From Oscillospiraceae bacterium (lineage in GTDB: Bacteria; Bacillota; Clostridia; Oscillospirales; Oscillospiraceae): a stretch of 64,000 nt of DNA. Where the stretch lies: the NCBI GenBank assembly GCA_017516005.1, contig JAFWDU010000006.1, forward strand, positions 36,678 through 100,677, in the 5' to 3' direction. Position 1 is the stretch's first letter. Each line of letters starts with the position of its first letter. Shown here piece by piece: positions 26,683 through 34,954 of the stretch. The notes beneath the pieces are model-generated. The model ran no database searches. It was given only the letters and a program-made list of their open reading frames with translations, and had not been told where the DNA came from. A program made the translations under genes and the position numbers.

Positions 26683-27256
26683 GCTCAAATTCCTTTAAAA
26701 ATGACTCTCGGCTGTAGAGTATATTGACTGCCTTTAAGAGCGCATTTGCACTCATCTTCCCTGGAAGTCCCAGCCTTTCACAAAGAAGTTTTCTATTCCC
26801 TTCTGCATCCTGAACGCCGGCAAGTCCGCACCTGCAGAAATCTGCTTTCGTGATTTCCTTCCGCTGAACCACTTGATCGTCAACCTGGATCCCGCATCGC
26901 TGGATAGCCTGAATGATAAGCTCAGGCGACATGCCTTCTACGCCCAGCAGACCTTCTTTTCCCGACGTTGTCTTTCTCCGTTCTTTTCCTGGGATTTCCG
27001 GAATGTATGCATGATAAACACCTTCCGTAGGAAGGGCGCCACGCAGAAAATTACGAATGACAAATCCGGCTCCGTCTGAATCTGTCAGAATAATCAAGCC
27101 GCGTTCTTTTACAACTTTTCTGAGAAATACCAGCATTTGCTGGTTGTTCATAATACCAAACCCGTCGGTTCGAAAAATCGGTGCGTCAACGATCTGAGAG
27201 AGGACATTCACGTCATATTTTCCCTCCACAAGAATCGCCTGCGATATATGAATCAT
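26675..27256 (-). CDS. Toprim domain protein (RNase M5-like/DUF4093)
   Basis: VEGKYD...ILTDSDGAG Toprim motifs. The start overlaps the holA stop (ATGA). Confidence 0.7.
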   Translation of the reverse strand: MIHISQAILVEGKYDVNVLSQIVDAPIFRTDGFGIMNNQQMLVFLRKVVKERGLIILTDSDGAGFVIRNFLRGALPTEGVYHAYIPEIPGKERRKTTSGKEGLLGVEGMSPELIIQAIQRCGIQVDDQVVQRKEITKADFCRCGLAGVQDAEGNRKLLCERLGLPGKMSANALLKAVNILYSRESFLKEFEHD

Positions 27257-28296
27257 GCAGTCGCCTCCTGTGAAAGAGATACAATCAACAATTGAAGAAG
27301 TGCCTGCGGATCATCATAGGATGTTTTGATCTGATAATCCGTCTGCGCACAGAGCAGAACTGCTTTTTCGCAAAACTCCATGGAAAAACCTCTGGCCGTA
27401 CTGAGCATTTTATCTGCAAAATAATCCGTGATTCCACAGATTGCTTTCAGTTCGTCTCTTCCCTTTCCGGCTTCCAGAACTGTTTTTGCAGCATATAATC
27501 TGCGCAGATTGGAAGAGATTGCGCCAGCTATGGAGAACGGGTCTTCCATCAACTGTAGAATTGTTCCAAGTTTTTCGATTGCTAAAGAAAACCGTTTTGC
27601 AGCAATTGCATCCGTGATATCAAAAACCTGAGCATCAAGTACCGGTATTGTGACAGCGTCAATGTCCTCTTTGGTGATTTGATCGCCAGCAGCATAAGCG
27701 CTGATCTTCTCAATCTCCGAATTCAAAGCAGAAAGTGTTCCGCCGGTAAGAAAAATCAGATAGGCGCACAGATCCTTTGAGATTGTTTTACCAGCAGACC
27801 GGAAATGCCGAATACACCATTCTGTAACACTTGCCTGACTCTGTTTTGGAAATTCCAGTTCTTTGCAATTTTTAGAGATAGCCTCGTAGAGCTTTTTATA
27901 TCTTTTATCCGGCTTATATTCCTTGATGTCATAGTAGAATACAAGGCAGACATATTCCGGCAGATCGTTCAGTATATCCGTTACAGCTGTTCTGGCTGAC
28001 TCATTCAGCCCGGACAGATCAATATCATCTATCCGGATCAGGCTCCGTTCTGCCATGACCGGAACTGCATTGACAGCCTGAATAAGTGCTTCCGTTGTAA
28101 AAGATTTCTCATCGAACCTGTGGAAATTGAAAAACTCAGAAAGAGGATCAATGATGGAACTCCGCAGCTGGTTGTAGTAATAGTCTTTTAAATAGCCTTC
28201 CTCTCCGTAGAAAATGTAGGCATTTGCAGGCTTGCCAGACTTCAGATCTTCACGGATTACGGAAATACTGTCTGAAGAAGATTCTTTTTTTGCCAT
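27253..28296 (-). CDS. holA: DNA polymerase III delta subunit
   Basis: About 347 aa with a delta-subunit-like N-terminus (YIFYGEEGYLKDYY) and C-terminal helical domain. ATG at 28296 has a GGAGG RBS 8 nt upstream. Confidence 0.75.
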   Translation of the reverse strand: MAKKESSSDSISVIREDLKSGKPANAYIFYGEEGYLKDYYYNQLRSSIIDPLSEFFNFHRFDEKSFTTEALIQAVNAVPVMAERSLIRIDDIDLSGLNESARTAVTDILNDLPEYVCLVFYYDIKEYKPDKRYKKLYEAISKNCKELEFPKQSQASVTEWCIRHFRSAGKTISKDLCAYLIFLTGGTLSALNSEIEKISAYAAGDQITKEDIDAVTIPVLDAQVFDITDAIAAKRFSLAIEKLGTILQLMEDPFSIAGAISSNLRRLYAAKTVLEAGKGRDELKAICGITDYFADKMLSTARGFSMEFCEKAVLLCAQTDYQIKTSYDDPQALLQLLIVSLSQEATA

Positions 28297-28341
28297 AATC
28301 CATGCCTCCAATCATGAGAAATCCTGAATATTGTCTGAGCT

Positions 28342-28370
28342 ATTATAACAATGAATCGCCGTAATTACAA
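28342..28370 (-). promoter_or_regulatory. Sigma-A promoter for holA
   Basis: Minus strand has TTGTAA (28370..28365), a 17-nt spacer, then TATAAT (28347..28342). Confidence 0.55.
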
Positions 28371-28435
28371 GGGAACTGCATGATCTGTCCACACCGTTTC
28401 ATGGCATAGATGCAGAAAGATAGAAACTGACAAAA

Positions 28436-28486
28436 TGCCAGGCAGACCCAAACACAGCAATAGGCTTGTTTTGAGTCTGCCTGGCA
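28436..28486 (-). terminator. Terminator downstream of the CarD-family gene
   Basis: 12-bp stem TGCCAGGCAGAC..GTCTGCCTGGCA, followed on the minus strand by TTTTGTCAGTTTC. Confidence 0.6.
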
Positions 28487-28600
28487 GATCGTTATTAGAA
28501 TCAAGTGCATCTGTGATTGTTGAAACTCAAAAACGCAGTTAACCGCAGAAAGGAAAATCGAAGCCTTTCAGATGCGGATCTTTCAGCACATTGCAGTGGC

Positions 28601-29110
28601 CTACGTTGCCGAGCTGATACGCTCCGAAATGACACTGGCGACAACTTTTCGATCAACTCCGAGTGCTGCTGCAAGCTCTCCGAAAAGAAGATCTTCCGTT
28701 TTTCGCATATATCGTTCATCTACGGAGCTGAACTTTTTCTTCTGAACCATTAAGGCTTCTTTTTTTGTATAGATGGAATGAAGAAGTGATGCCCAAATGC
28801 GGCAGTCATGCGTATTAATAGCCGATTCGTATTGTTCCGTCAGTTCTCTTGAAGCTCCAGTCGGAAAATGATCAGAAGAAATCGACGAAATCTGATTAAT
28901 CAGACTTTCTGCTTCTTCTTTGGAAATAATCGAACGAATATAGATCTTTTCAGAATTAACAGGAGCAGAGATAACACAGGTTTGATAGAGCGGCGCAAGA
29001 TGATAGTACAACTGCGTTTTTCCTTTCCCTGTTAAATCCTTCTCTTTAATCTCGTTTACACGGCAGACTCCGGTAGTACCATATAGCACAAGGTCTCCGA
29101 CTTTAAACAT
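28601..29110 (-). CDS. CarD/CdnL family transcriptional regulator
   Basis: N-terminal MFKVGDLVLYGTTGVCRV (CarD_TRCF RNAP-interacting domain). ATG at 29110 has a GGAGG RBS. Confidence 0.8.
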   Translation of the reverse strand: MFKVGDLVLYGTTGVCRVNEIKEKDLTGKGKTQLYYHLAPLYQTCVISAPVNSEKIYIRSIISKEEAESLINQISSISSDHFPTGASRELTEQYESAINTHDCRIWASLLHSIYTKKEALMVQKKKFSSVDERYMRKTEDLLFGELAAALGVDRKVVASVISERISSAT

Positions 29111-29249
29111 TTTCGCCTCCATTTCTCCGAAAGTTCCTTAAAATAACCTTTAGTTCAGTATATCACAAAGCAAAAAATATTGTAAGGAAAATCAAATGGA
29201 GAAAATGAATTTGTTAATATTGACCGAACAAATCATGAAAATTCATGTA

Positions 29250-29277
29250 AAAAAGCTCTGTTTGCACAGAGCTTTTT
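29250..29277 (-). terminator. Intrinsic terminator after pncB
   Basis: AAAAAGCTCTG-tttgca-CAGAGCTTTTT, immediately after the TAA stop. Confidence 0.8.
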
Positions 29278-29279
29278 TA

Positions 29280-30731
29280 TTATAATCTTCCATTATTTGT
29301 TAATAGCTGGTATTTCAAATCCCATAGTCTCTGGCTGAGATCCACGTAGTAATTATGAGGATTATCAAATCGTTTGACTTCATCCCAAAGGGTGTCAACC
29401 TGCTCCAGACAATATTTTCGAATTTCTTCAAGACTTGGGCGGTTATATACCAATTCACCATTGAGGAAAATCGGAACCTGAAGCTCTTTGGCTGTAAAGT
29501 CATAGACTACTTTTTTCTTCCAGGTAGCCTCAGGGTCAAATATCAGGAAATCTCCAGAATCATCAACCGTCTCGTCATGAATGCACATATAGTCTGCAAT
29601 TGCCTTGCCGGTATCATTTCCGAAGAACCGATAGAGCTTTTTGAAATGCGGATTTGTGATTTTGGCAGTATTCTCACTGATTTTAATCTTCGGAATAATG
29701 CTTCCGTTTTTCTCAACGGCAACGAGTTTATAGACGCCGCCGAATACCGGTTCGGATCTGGCGGTAATCAGGCGCTCACCTACGCCGAACGCGTCAACGA
29801 CAGCACCTTCATGGAGTATATCTTCGATAATCCTCTCATCAAGTGCGTTGGACACGGTAATGGTACAACCCGGCCACCCTGCGTCATCAAGCATTTTGCG
29901 GGCCTTCTGTGTCAGATAGGTCATGTCGCCGGAATCGAACCGGATGCCGCATTTCGTGATGCCAAGCGGCTTAAGAACCTTATCAAAAGCGCGAATTGCG
30001 TTCGGGACTCCTGACTGAAGACTGTTGTAGGTATCCACAAGAAGCGTCGCATTGTCAGGATACAGTCTGCAATAGGTCTCAAATGCTTCAAGTTCCGTAT
30101 CAAACATCTGCACCCAGGAATGTGCCATTGTACCGCCGGCCTTGACTCCGAAGATCTGATCCGAAATCGTGCACGCAGTCCCGTTGCATCCGCCGATATA
30201 CGCAGCTCTGGCACCTAAAATTGCAGCGTCTGCACCCTGAGCACGTCTGGAACCGAATTCAAGTACAGTTTTGCCCAGCGCCGCCCTGACAATTCTGTTT
30301 GCCTTTGTGGCAATCAGACTCTGATGATTAATCACAAGAAGCAGATAAGTTTCCACGAGCTGTGCCTGAATTGCAGGCGCACGTACCGTGAGAATGGGCT
30401 CCTTCGGGAAAACAGGTGTCCCTTCCGGAACAGCATAGATATCACCCGTGAATTTGAAATCCTTCAGGTATTCCAAAAATCCTTCATCAAAGATACCCCT
30501 GGAACGAAGATAATTCAAATCGTCATCTGAAAAACTCAGCTCCTGGATATAATCAATGACCTGCTCCAGACCAGCTGCGATTGCGAAACCGCCGTTGTCT
30601 GGCACCTGACGGAAAAACAGATCAAAATAGGTAATCTGATCCTTCATTCCGTTTTTGAAATAACCATTTCCCATGGTCAGCTCATAAAAGTCGCAGAGCA
30701 TGGTCAAATTCAGTGTATGGTTGGTATTCAA
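29280..30731 (-). CDS. pncB: Nicotinate phosphoribosyltransferase
   Basis: 483 aa; N-terminus LTMLCDFYELTMGNGYF and a central GTMAHSWV motif. Confidence 0.85.
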   Translation of the reverse strand: MNTNHTLNLTMLCDFYELTMGNGYFKNGMKDQITYFDLFFRQVPDNGGFAIAAGLEQVIDYIQELSFSDDDLNYLRSRGIFDEGFLEYLKDFKFTGDIYAVPEGTPVFPKEPILTVRAPAIQAQLVETYLLLVINHQSLIATKANRIVRAALGKTVLEFGSRRAQGADAAILGARAAYIGGCNGTACTISDQIFGVKAGGTMAHSWVQMFDTELEAFETYCRLYPDNATLLVDTYNSLQSGVPNAIRAFDKVLKPLGITKCGIRFDSGDMTYLTQKARKMLDDAGWPGCTITVSNALDERIIEDILHEGAVVDAFGVGERLITARSEPVFGGVYKLVAVEKNGSIIPKIKISENTAKITNPHFKKLYRFFGNDTGKAIADYMCIHDETVDDSGDFLIFDPEATWKKKVVYDFTAKELQVPIFLNGELVYNRPSLEEIRKYCLEQVDTLWDEVKRFDNPHNYYVDLSQRLWDLKYQLLTNNGRL

Positions 30732-30749
30732 AAGATCATCCCCTTAAGA

Positions 30750-31349
30750 TCAGATTTCCTGACGGCCTTCCAATGCGCGAAGGAGTGTTACTTCGTCCGC
30801 GTATTCCAGCTGGCTGCCGACAGGAATTCCATAGGCAAGTCTTGTCACTTTGATTTCCAGTGGGCGAAGAAGACGGGAAATATACATTGCGGTGGCTTCT
30901 CCCTCCGTATCCGGATTGGTAGCCATGATTACCTCCCGGATTCCGCCCTCTCCGACTCGAGTCAGAAGCTCCCGAATCCGGATATCATCAACACCGACCC
31001 GGTTTAATGGAGAAATGACGCCATGAAGTACATGGTATACACCCTGGTACTCTCTTGCTCTTTCCATTGCAACAACATCTTTGGGATCTGCAACTACACA
31101 GACGACGCCGTGATCCCTTTCCGGATCTGCACAGATCGGGCAGATTTCTTCATCAGTCAAGTTCTGACAGATCGGACAGGTCCGAATAGAGCGCTTTACT
31201 TCCAGGATGGATTCAGCAAAAGAAGAAGCTTCCTCCTGTGTCATGGAAAGGACATGAAACGCTAGACGCTGTGCGGTTTTTCCTCCGATTCCGGGAAGTC
31301 TTGCAAACTGTTCAGTCAGGCGTTCAAGCGCCAAAGGAATATACCGCAT
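30750..31349 (-). CDS. recR: Recombination protein RecR
   Basis: [15 protein letters not shown] HhH motif, CxxC zinc finger and Toprim domain. Overlaps the ybaB stop (TGATG). Confidence 0.95.
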   Translation of the reverse strand: MRYIPLALERLTEQFARLPGIGGKTAQRLAFHVLSMTQEEASSFAESILEVKRSIRTCPICQNLTDEEICPICADPERDHGVVCVVADPKDVVAMERAREYQGVYHVLHGVISPLNRVGVDDIRIRELLTRVGEGGIREVIMATNPDTEGEATAMYISRLLRPLEIKVTRLAYGIPVGSQLEYADEVTLLRALEGRQEI

Positions 31350-31693
31350 CAGAAAAGACCGCCCAGATTCATACCGCCAGTGAGTTTACTCATGGAAGCA
31401 GACATATCCGTTTCAGCTGCACGGATTGCTTCATTTACAGCAGCTACAATCAGATCCTGAAGCATTTCCACATCATCCGGGTCAACCGCTTCCGGTTTGA
31501 TTTCAATGCTCTTTAAAAGTCTTGAACCATCAACAGTTGCAGTAACAACACCGCCGCCTGCGTTGGCAGAGTACTCCTTGTTCTGCATTTCTTCCTGCAT
31601 TTTCAGCATTTCCTGCTGCATTTTCTGTGCTTGTTTGATCATGTTTGCGTTTACACCGCCCATAGGCGCACCGCGGAATCCACCTTTAGCCAT
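31349..31693 (-). CDS. ybaB: Nucleoid-associated protein YbaB/EbfC
   Basis: 114 aa; [19 protein letters not shown]...VTATVDG...[16 protein letters not shown] pattern. Confidence 0.9.
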   Translation of the reverse strand: MAKGGFRGAPMGGVNANMIKQAQKMQQEMLKMQEEMQNKEYSANAGGGVVTATVDGSRLLKSIEIKPEAVDPDDVEMLQDLIVAAVNEAIRAAETDMSASMSKLTGGMNLGGLF

Positions 31694-31705
31694 TGTTCCA
31701 CTCTC

Positions 31706-33301
31706 CTATTCTTTGATATCAAATATGTCTGTATGCGCTTTCCCAAATGCAATCAGTTCAGAAAAAGCGCTGTCATCCTGTGTATTTGTGCCACGAAGCG
31801 CTACTTTTACACCAATATTTCTTCCAAGCATCGCACCAGCGTTATTCCGAATAATAGACAGGATACTTTCATCGGAGATAATGCCTTTCACAAACGAAGA
31901 CTCGGCATTCAATATCAGAAGATCTCCGTTAAGTTCACCGCTGACAGGACCGCCGTTAACAAAAAAGCCTCTTGCTCTGACAGGCAGTTCCGGTTTGATC
32001 CTGGCAGTGAAATCAGCCCAGAAGCCAAGCGGCGCATCAGTAGAAGATGCGGCTTTCTGTTGAGATTCTTTCGATTCCGGCACATTGACTGTTTCTTCAG
32101 GTATATCTGACTTTTCAGGTTTTTCCGTTTCAGCCTCACGGATAGATACAACAGCACCGTTCTTGATCTGATCTTCCAGTCTGCTCAGTCTGGCATTGAG
32201 AGAATCGGCATCCAGATGCAAGGAATCCGTGCAAAGGTTCATAATGCATAATTCCATGTCCAGTTTCCGATTGGAGCTTCTGGAGAACAAAGAGGCCGTT
32301 TCCTGAAGTGTTCTTGTGATATGCATCAATTCTCCGGCGGAAATGTTTTGAAGCGGCTTGATCTCCTCCTGCGTACAAATGCCGGAAAGCATACTCTGTG
32401 CAGCCGCACCTGCAGTTTTTAAAAGAAGAAGATCCCTGGCAAGCTGCGTCAGTTCATCTGCCATTGCGGCGATATCCTTGCCCTCTGCATAGAGTTCGGA
32501 AAATGCGGAAAGAGCCGCAGATGCATTATGCTGTGAGATATAGCCCATCATCTGCGCCGTCTTGCGGTCTCCTGCAAGTCCAAGCACCTGATAGACTGTC
32601 TGAACAGTCAAATTGCCGGAAGACGAGGAAGCACACTGATCCAGAAGACTCATACCATCACGTAGCGCTCCATCAGCGATTCTGGCAAGCACATTCACCG
32701 CTTCCGGCTCTATCTGGATATTTTCCTGATATGCGGCGAAATTCAATCTGGAGGCAATATCCTCTGCATTGAGACGGCGAAACGAAAAGCGCTGGCAACG
32801 CGAAAGTATTGTGGCAGGAACTTTATGAAGCTCTGTCGTCGCCAGAATGAACAGCAGATGTTCCGGCGGTTCCTCGATTATTTTCAGGAGCGCATTGAAA
32901 GCGGCGATGGAAAGCATATGCACTTCATCAATAATGTATACACGTTTACGGACCTGAGCAGGTGTAAATACAGCTTCATCACGAAGTGCCCTGACCTGAT
33001 CCACGCCGTTGTTTGAAGCGGCGTCAATTTCAAGAACATCCGTGCAGGATCCGGAATCAATGCTTCTGCAGGCTTCACAGCAATTGCAGGGATTGCCGTC
33101 ATGAAGATCCAGACAGTTGACAGCTTTCGCCAGTATTTTTGCGCAGGATGTTTTTCCTGTTCCACGCGTTCCGGTAAATAAATACGCATGGGATAGTCTG
33201 CCAGTGCGAAGCTGCGATTTGAGCGTCTCTGTGACAGAACGCTGGCCGACTACTTCATCGAATGTTTGCGGCCGGTATTTGCGATATAAAGCCTGATACA
33301 A
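31706..33301 (-). CDS. dnaX: DNA polymerase III subunits gamma/tau
   Basis: YQALYRKYRPQTFDEVVGQ, GTRGTGKTS and a zinc module (CNCCEAC). Start reassigned to TTG at 33301, which follows a GGGGAGGAG RBS. The track's longer ORF (TTG at 33343) nearly abuts the 3' end of the SRP RNA call. Confidence 0.85.
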   Translation of the reverse strand: MYQALYRKYRPQTFDEVVGQRSVTETLKSQLRTGRLSHAYLFTGTRGTGKTSCAKILAKAVNCLDLHDGNPCNCCEACRSIDSGSCTDVLEIDAASNNGVDQVRALRDEAVFTPAQVRKRVYIIDEVHMLSIAAFNALLKIIEEPPEHLLFILATTELHKVPATILSRCQRFSFRRLNAEDIASRLNFAAYQENIQIEPEAVNVLARIADGALRDGMSLLDQCASSSSGNLTVQTVYQVLGLAGDRKTAQMMGYISQHNASAALSAFSELYAEGKDIAAMADELTQLARDLLLLKTAGAAAQSMLSGICTQEEIKPLQNISAGELMHITRTLQETASLFSRSSNRKLDMELCIMNLCTDSLHLDADSLNARLSRLEDQIKNGAVVSIREAETEKPEKSDIPEETVNVPESKESQQKAASSTDAPLGFWADFTARIKPELPVRARGFFVNGGPVSGELNGDLLILNAESSFVKGIISDESILSIIRNNAGAMLGRNIGVKVALRGTNTQDDSAFSELIAFGKAHTDIFDIKE

Positions 33302-33345
33302 AAACGCTCCTCCCCTTTCAATGAAACTGTCGGCCCATGACAAGA

Positions 33346-33630
33346 CTGCACACCCGCCTTTGAACGGAACGCCCTCATCGGAACCGATGCGGCTTGCTCA
33401 GAGACGGCGACCCCGCGGCACACGAAGTGCTCCGCTTAATGCTGCTCGATTCCTCGCCTGACATGGTTCACGGGTCTTCGTTGCGCAGGACCGTCTCGTC
33501 AACGCCGCCCACACCGGGCAGTCATGACAACGCACGCCCTGGGGCGGGAATTCATCCCTGCTGTAGCGGATTGCAGGTACAGGGCACCGCTATCTCCCCA
33601 ACTAGTGCAGCCTTGCCACAGGCCGACAGC
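33346..33630 (-). ncRNA. ffs: Signal recognition particle RNA, large (Bacillus-type, with Alu domain)
   Basis: Minus strand contains GGGGAGATAGCGGTGCCCTGTACCTGCAATCCGCTACAGCAGGG (Alu-domain block) and GGTCCTGCGCAA..GAACCATGTCAGG..AGCAGCATTAAG (domain IV). These match my memory of B. subtilis scRNA. The position upstream of dnaX is the conserved Bacillota arrangement. Ends are approximate. Confidence 0.85.
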
Positions 33631-33660
33631 TTGTGACATGCTATATGTTTTGAATTTTGA

Positions 33661-33882
33661 TTAATCCATCTTGGATTCGACGAATGCGGCAAACTCGCCA
33701 ACGTTGGAGATCTTCTGATCGTCCAGATCCAGGGAAATATTCAGCGCATTTTCGAGTTCCATAATCATCTCAACCGTATCCAGAGAATCAATTCCCAGTT
33801 CATCAAAAGTGCTCTCCGGGGTAATCTCATCAACGGAAATCGCAAGCTGCTCTGCAATATATGCTGCGATTTTTTCAAACAT
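33661..33882 (-). CDS. Acyl carrier protein (stand-alone)
   Basis: 73 aa with the phosphopantetheine attachment motif LGIDSLDTVEMIMELE. Confidence 0.85.
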   Translation of the reverse strand: MFEKIAAYIAEQLAISVDEITPESTFDELGIDSLDTVEMIMELENALNISLDLDDQKISNVGEFAAFVESKMD

Positions 33883-33937
33883 AAATCATTCCTCCGAAAA
33901 CATGATATGTTGGTTGAAGATACATCGACCATGCATT

Positions 33938-33965
33938 ATGATACGGGATTTTCAACAATTGTCAA
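33938..33965 (-). promoter_or_regulatory. Sigma-A-like promoter for the ACP gene
   Basis: Minus strand has TTGACA (33965..33960), a 16-nt spacer, then TATCAT (33943..33938). Confidence 0.45.
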
Positions 33966-33995
33966 GTAATTATTTGCTGAAATCGAATGTGCAAG

Positions 33996-34934
33996 TCAGA
34001 ATGTGCAGTAATCCGGCGTACAGGGCTGGGCAGGTTCTACGGAAGTAGCAACAATAACCGGTCCCATTCCTTTGTACAGTGAGTGATAGCGCAGTTCGAT
34101 TTTACCCTGTACAGTAACCCAGCTCCGGGGCGTAATCTTTGCGGCGTCTTTCCAGGCACAGGGAATCCCCATGAATTTGATATCCTCGATACAGCAGGTC
34201 ATAACAAATCGTCCCGGTGCGAAATAACCGTCTTTGGCTTTGCGGAATTGTGCGGCCTGGGCCTTAAAGCGAACGGTTTTACCGGAATACTTCTTAGATT
34301 CTTCTGTGAAATCCCGGTAAAAGAGGCCATAATCCTCATCCGCAATCTCAATAACCGGAGCATTCAAATCAAATGGAAGCGGATCCTCAATATTATCAAA
34401 TTCTGTATGCCCGTCAGTATAGTCGTATACAATATCTACTTTGCGGCTCACGGCGCGCGCAAGCTTATGAAGCGGCATAATATCCGTCTTGGGCGCAACA
34501 CGGTTAAATACAACCATTTCACATCCGCCGAGTTTGTCAACAACCAGATTCCGCATGTTGCTGTTAAAGGCGAGAATTGTGTTTGCATCAGCAAACATGA
34601 TTTCCTGGGCAATCACCCAGTTGTCCGGAATATTGACCAGGAAATCAGGCACCAGCTTCATGCCGTTAAGTTCCACGACCACACGCTCTGCTTTGTGCTT
34701 TTTCTGAAGTGCTTCCAGTTGCTCGCTGGTCAGTGCGTCTTGGTCCTCGATGACTTCAACGTAGACGTTCTGATACGGGTATTCAGAAGGATCCAATTCG
34801 ACTTCACCCTCTTCACAGAGAAGAACCAGTGTCCGTTCTCCGTTGTTGAAGCGGGAATCTGTTAAGGTTTCCTGAATGAATGAGGTTTTTCCGGAATCCA
34901 AAAAACCGGTAAATAGGTAAACAAGAATCTCCAT
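33996..34934 (-). CDS. Truncated G3E/CobW-like P-loop domain fused to a DUF1980-like Cys-Cys C-terminal domain
   Basis: The N-terminus YLFTGFLDSGKTSFIQ...LVLLCEEGEVELD is colinear with CobW Walker A and the NEfGe segment, but there is no CxCC. The C-terminus GRFVMTCCIEDIKFMGIPC resembles the TIGR03943/DUF1980 CC motif as I remember it. Confidence 0.6.
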   Translation of the reverse strand: MEILVYLFTGFLDSGKTSFIQETLTDSRFNNGERTLVLLCEEGEVELDPSEYPYQNVYVEVIEDQDALTSEQLEALQKKHKAERVVVELNGMKLVPDFLVNIPDNWVIAQEIMFADANTILAFNSNMRNLVVDKLGGCEMVVFNRVAPKTDIMPLHKLARAVSRKVDIVYDYTDGHTEFDNIEDPLPFDLNAPVIEIADEDYGLFYRDFTEESKKYSGKTVRFKAQAAQFRKAKDGYFAPGRFVMTCCIEDIKFMGIPCAWKDAAKITPRSWVTVQGKIELRYHSLYKGMGPVIVATSVEPAQPCTPDYCTF

Positions 34935-34954
34935 TAGAGTACAGCTCCTTGATA

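Noticed and set aside
31900-32000. Programmed ribosomal frameshift site in dnaX (gamma/tau)
   Set aside because: The only homopolymer noted is a T6 run (GGC TTT TTT GTT). It is not an A AAA AAG-type slippery heptamer, and I recognised no downstream stem-loop. Frameshifting in dnaX is also not typical in Bacillota.
33394-33636. 80-aa plus-strand ORF between dnaX and the ACP gene
   Set aside because: It lies entirely within the SRP RNA gene on the opposite strand and has no RBS.
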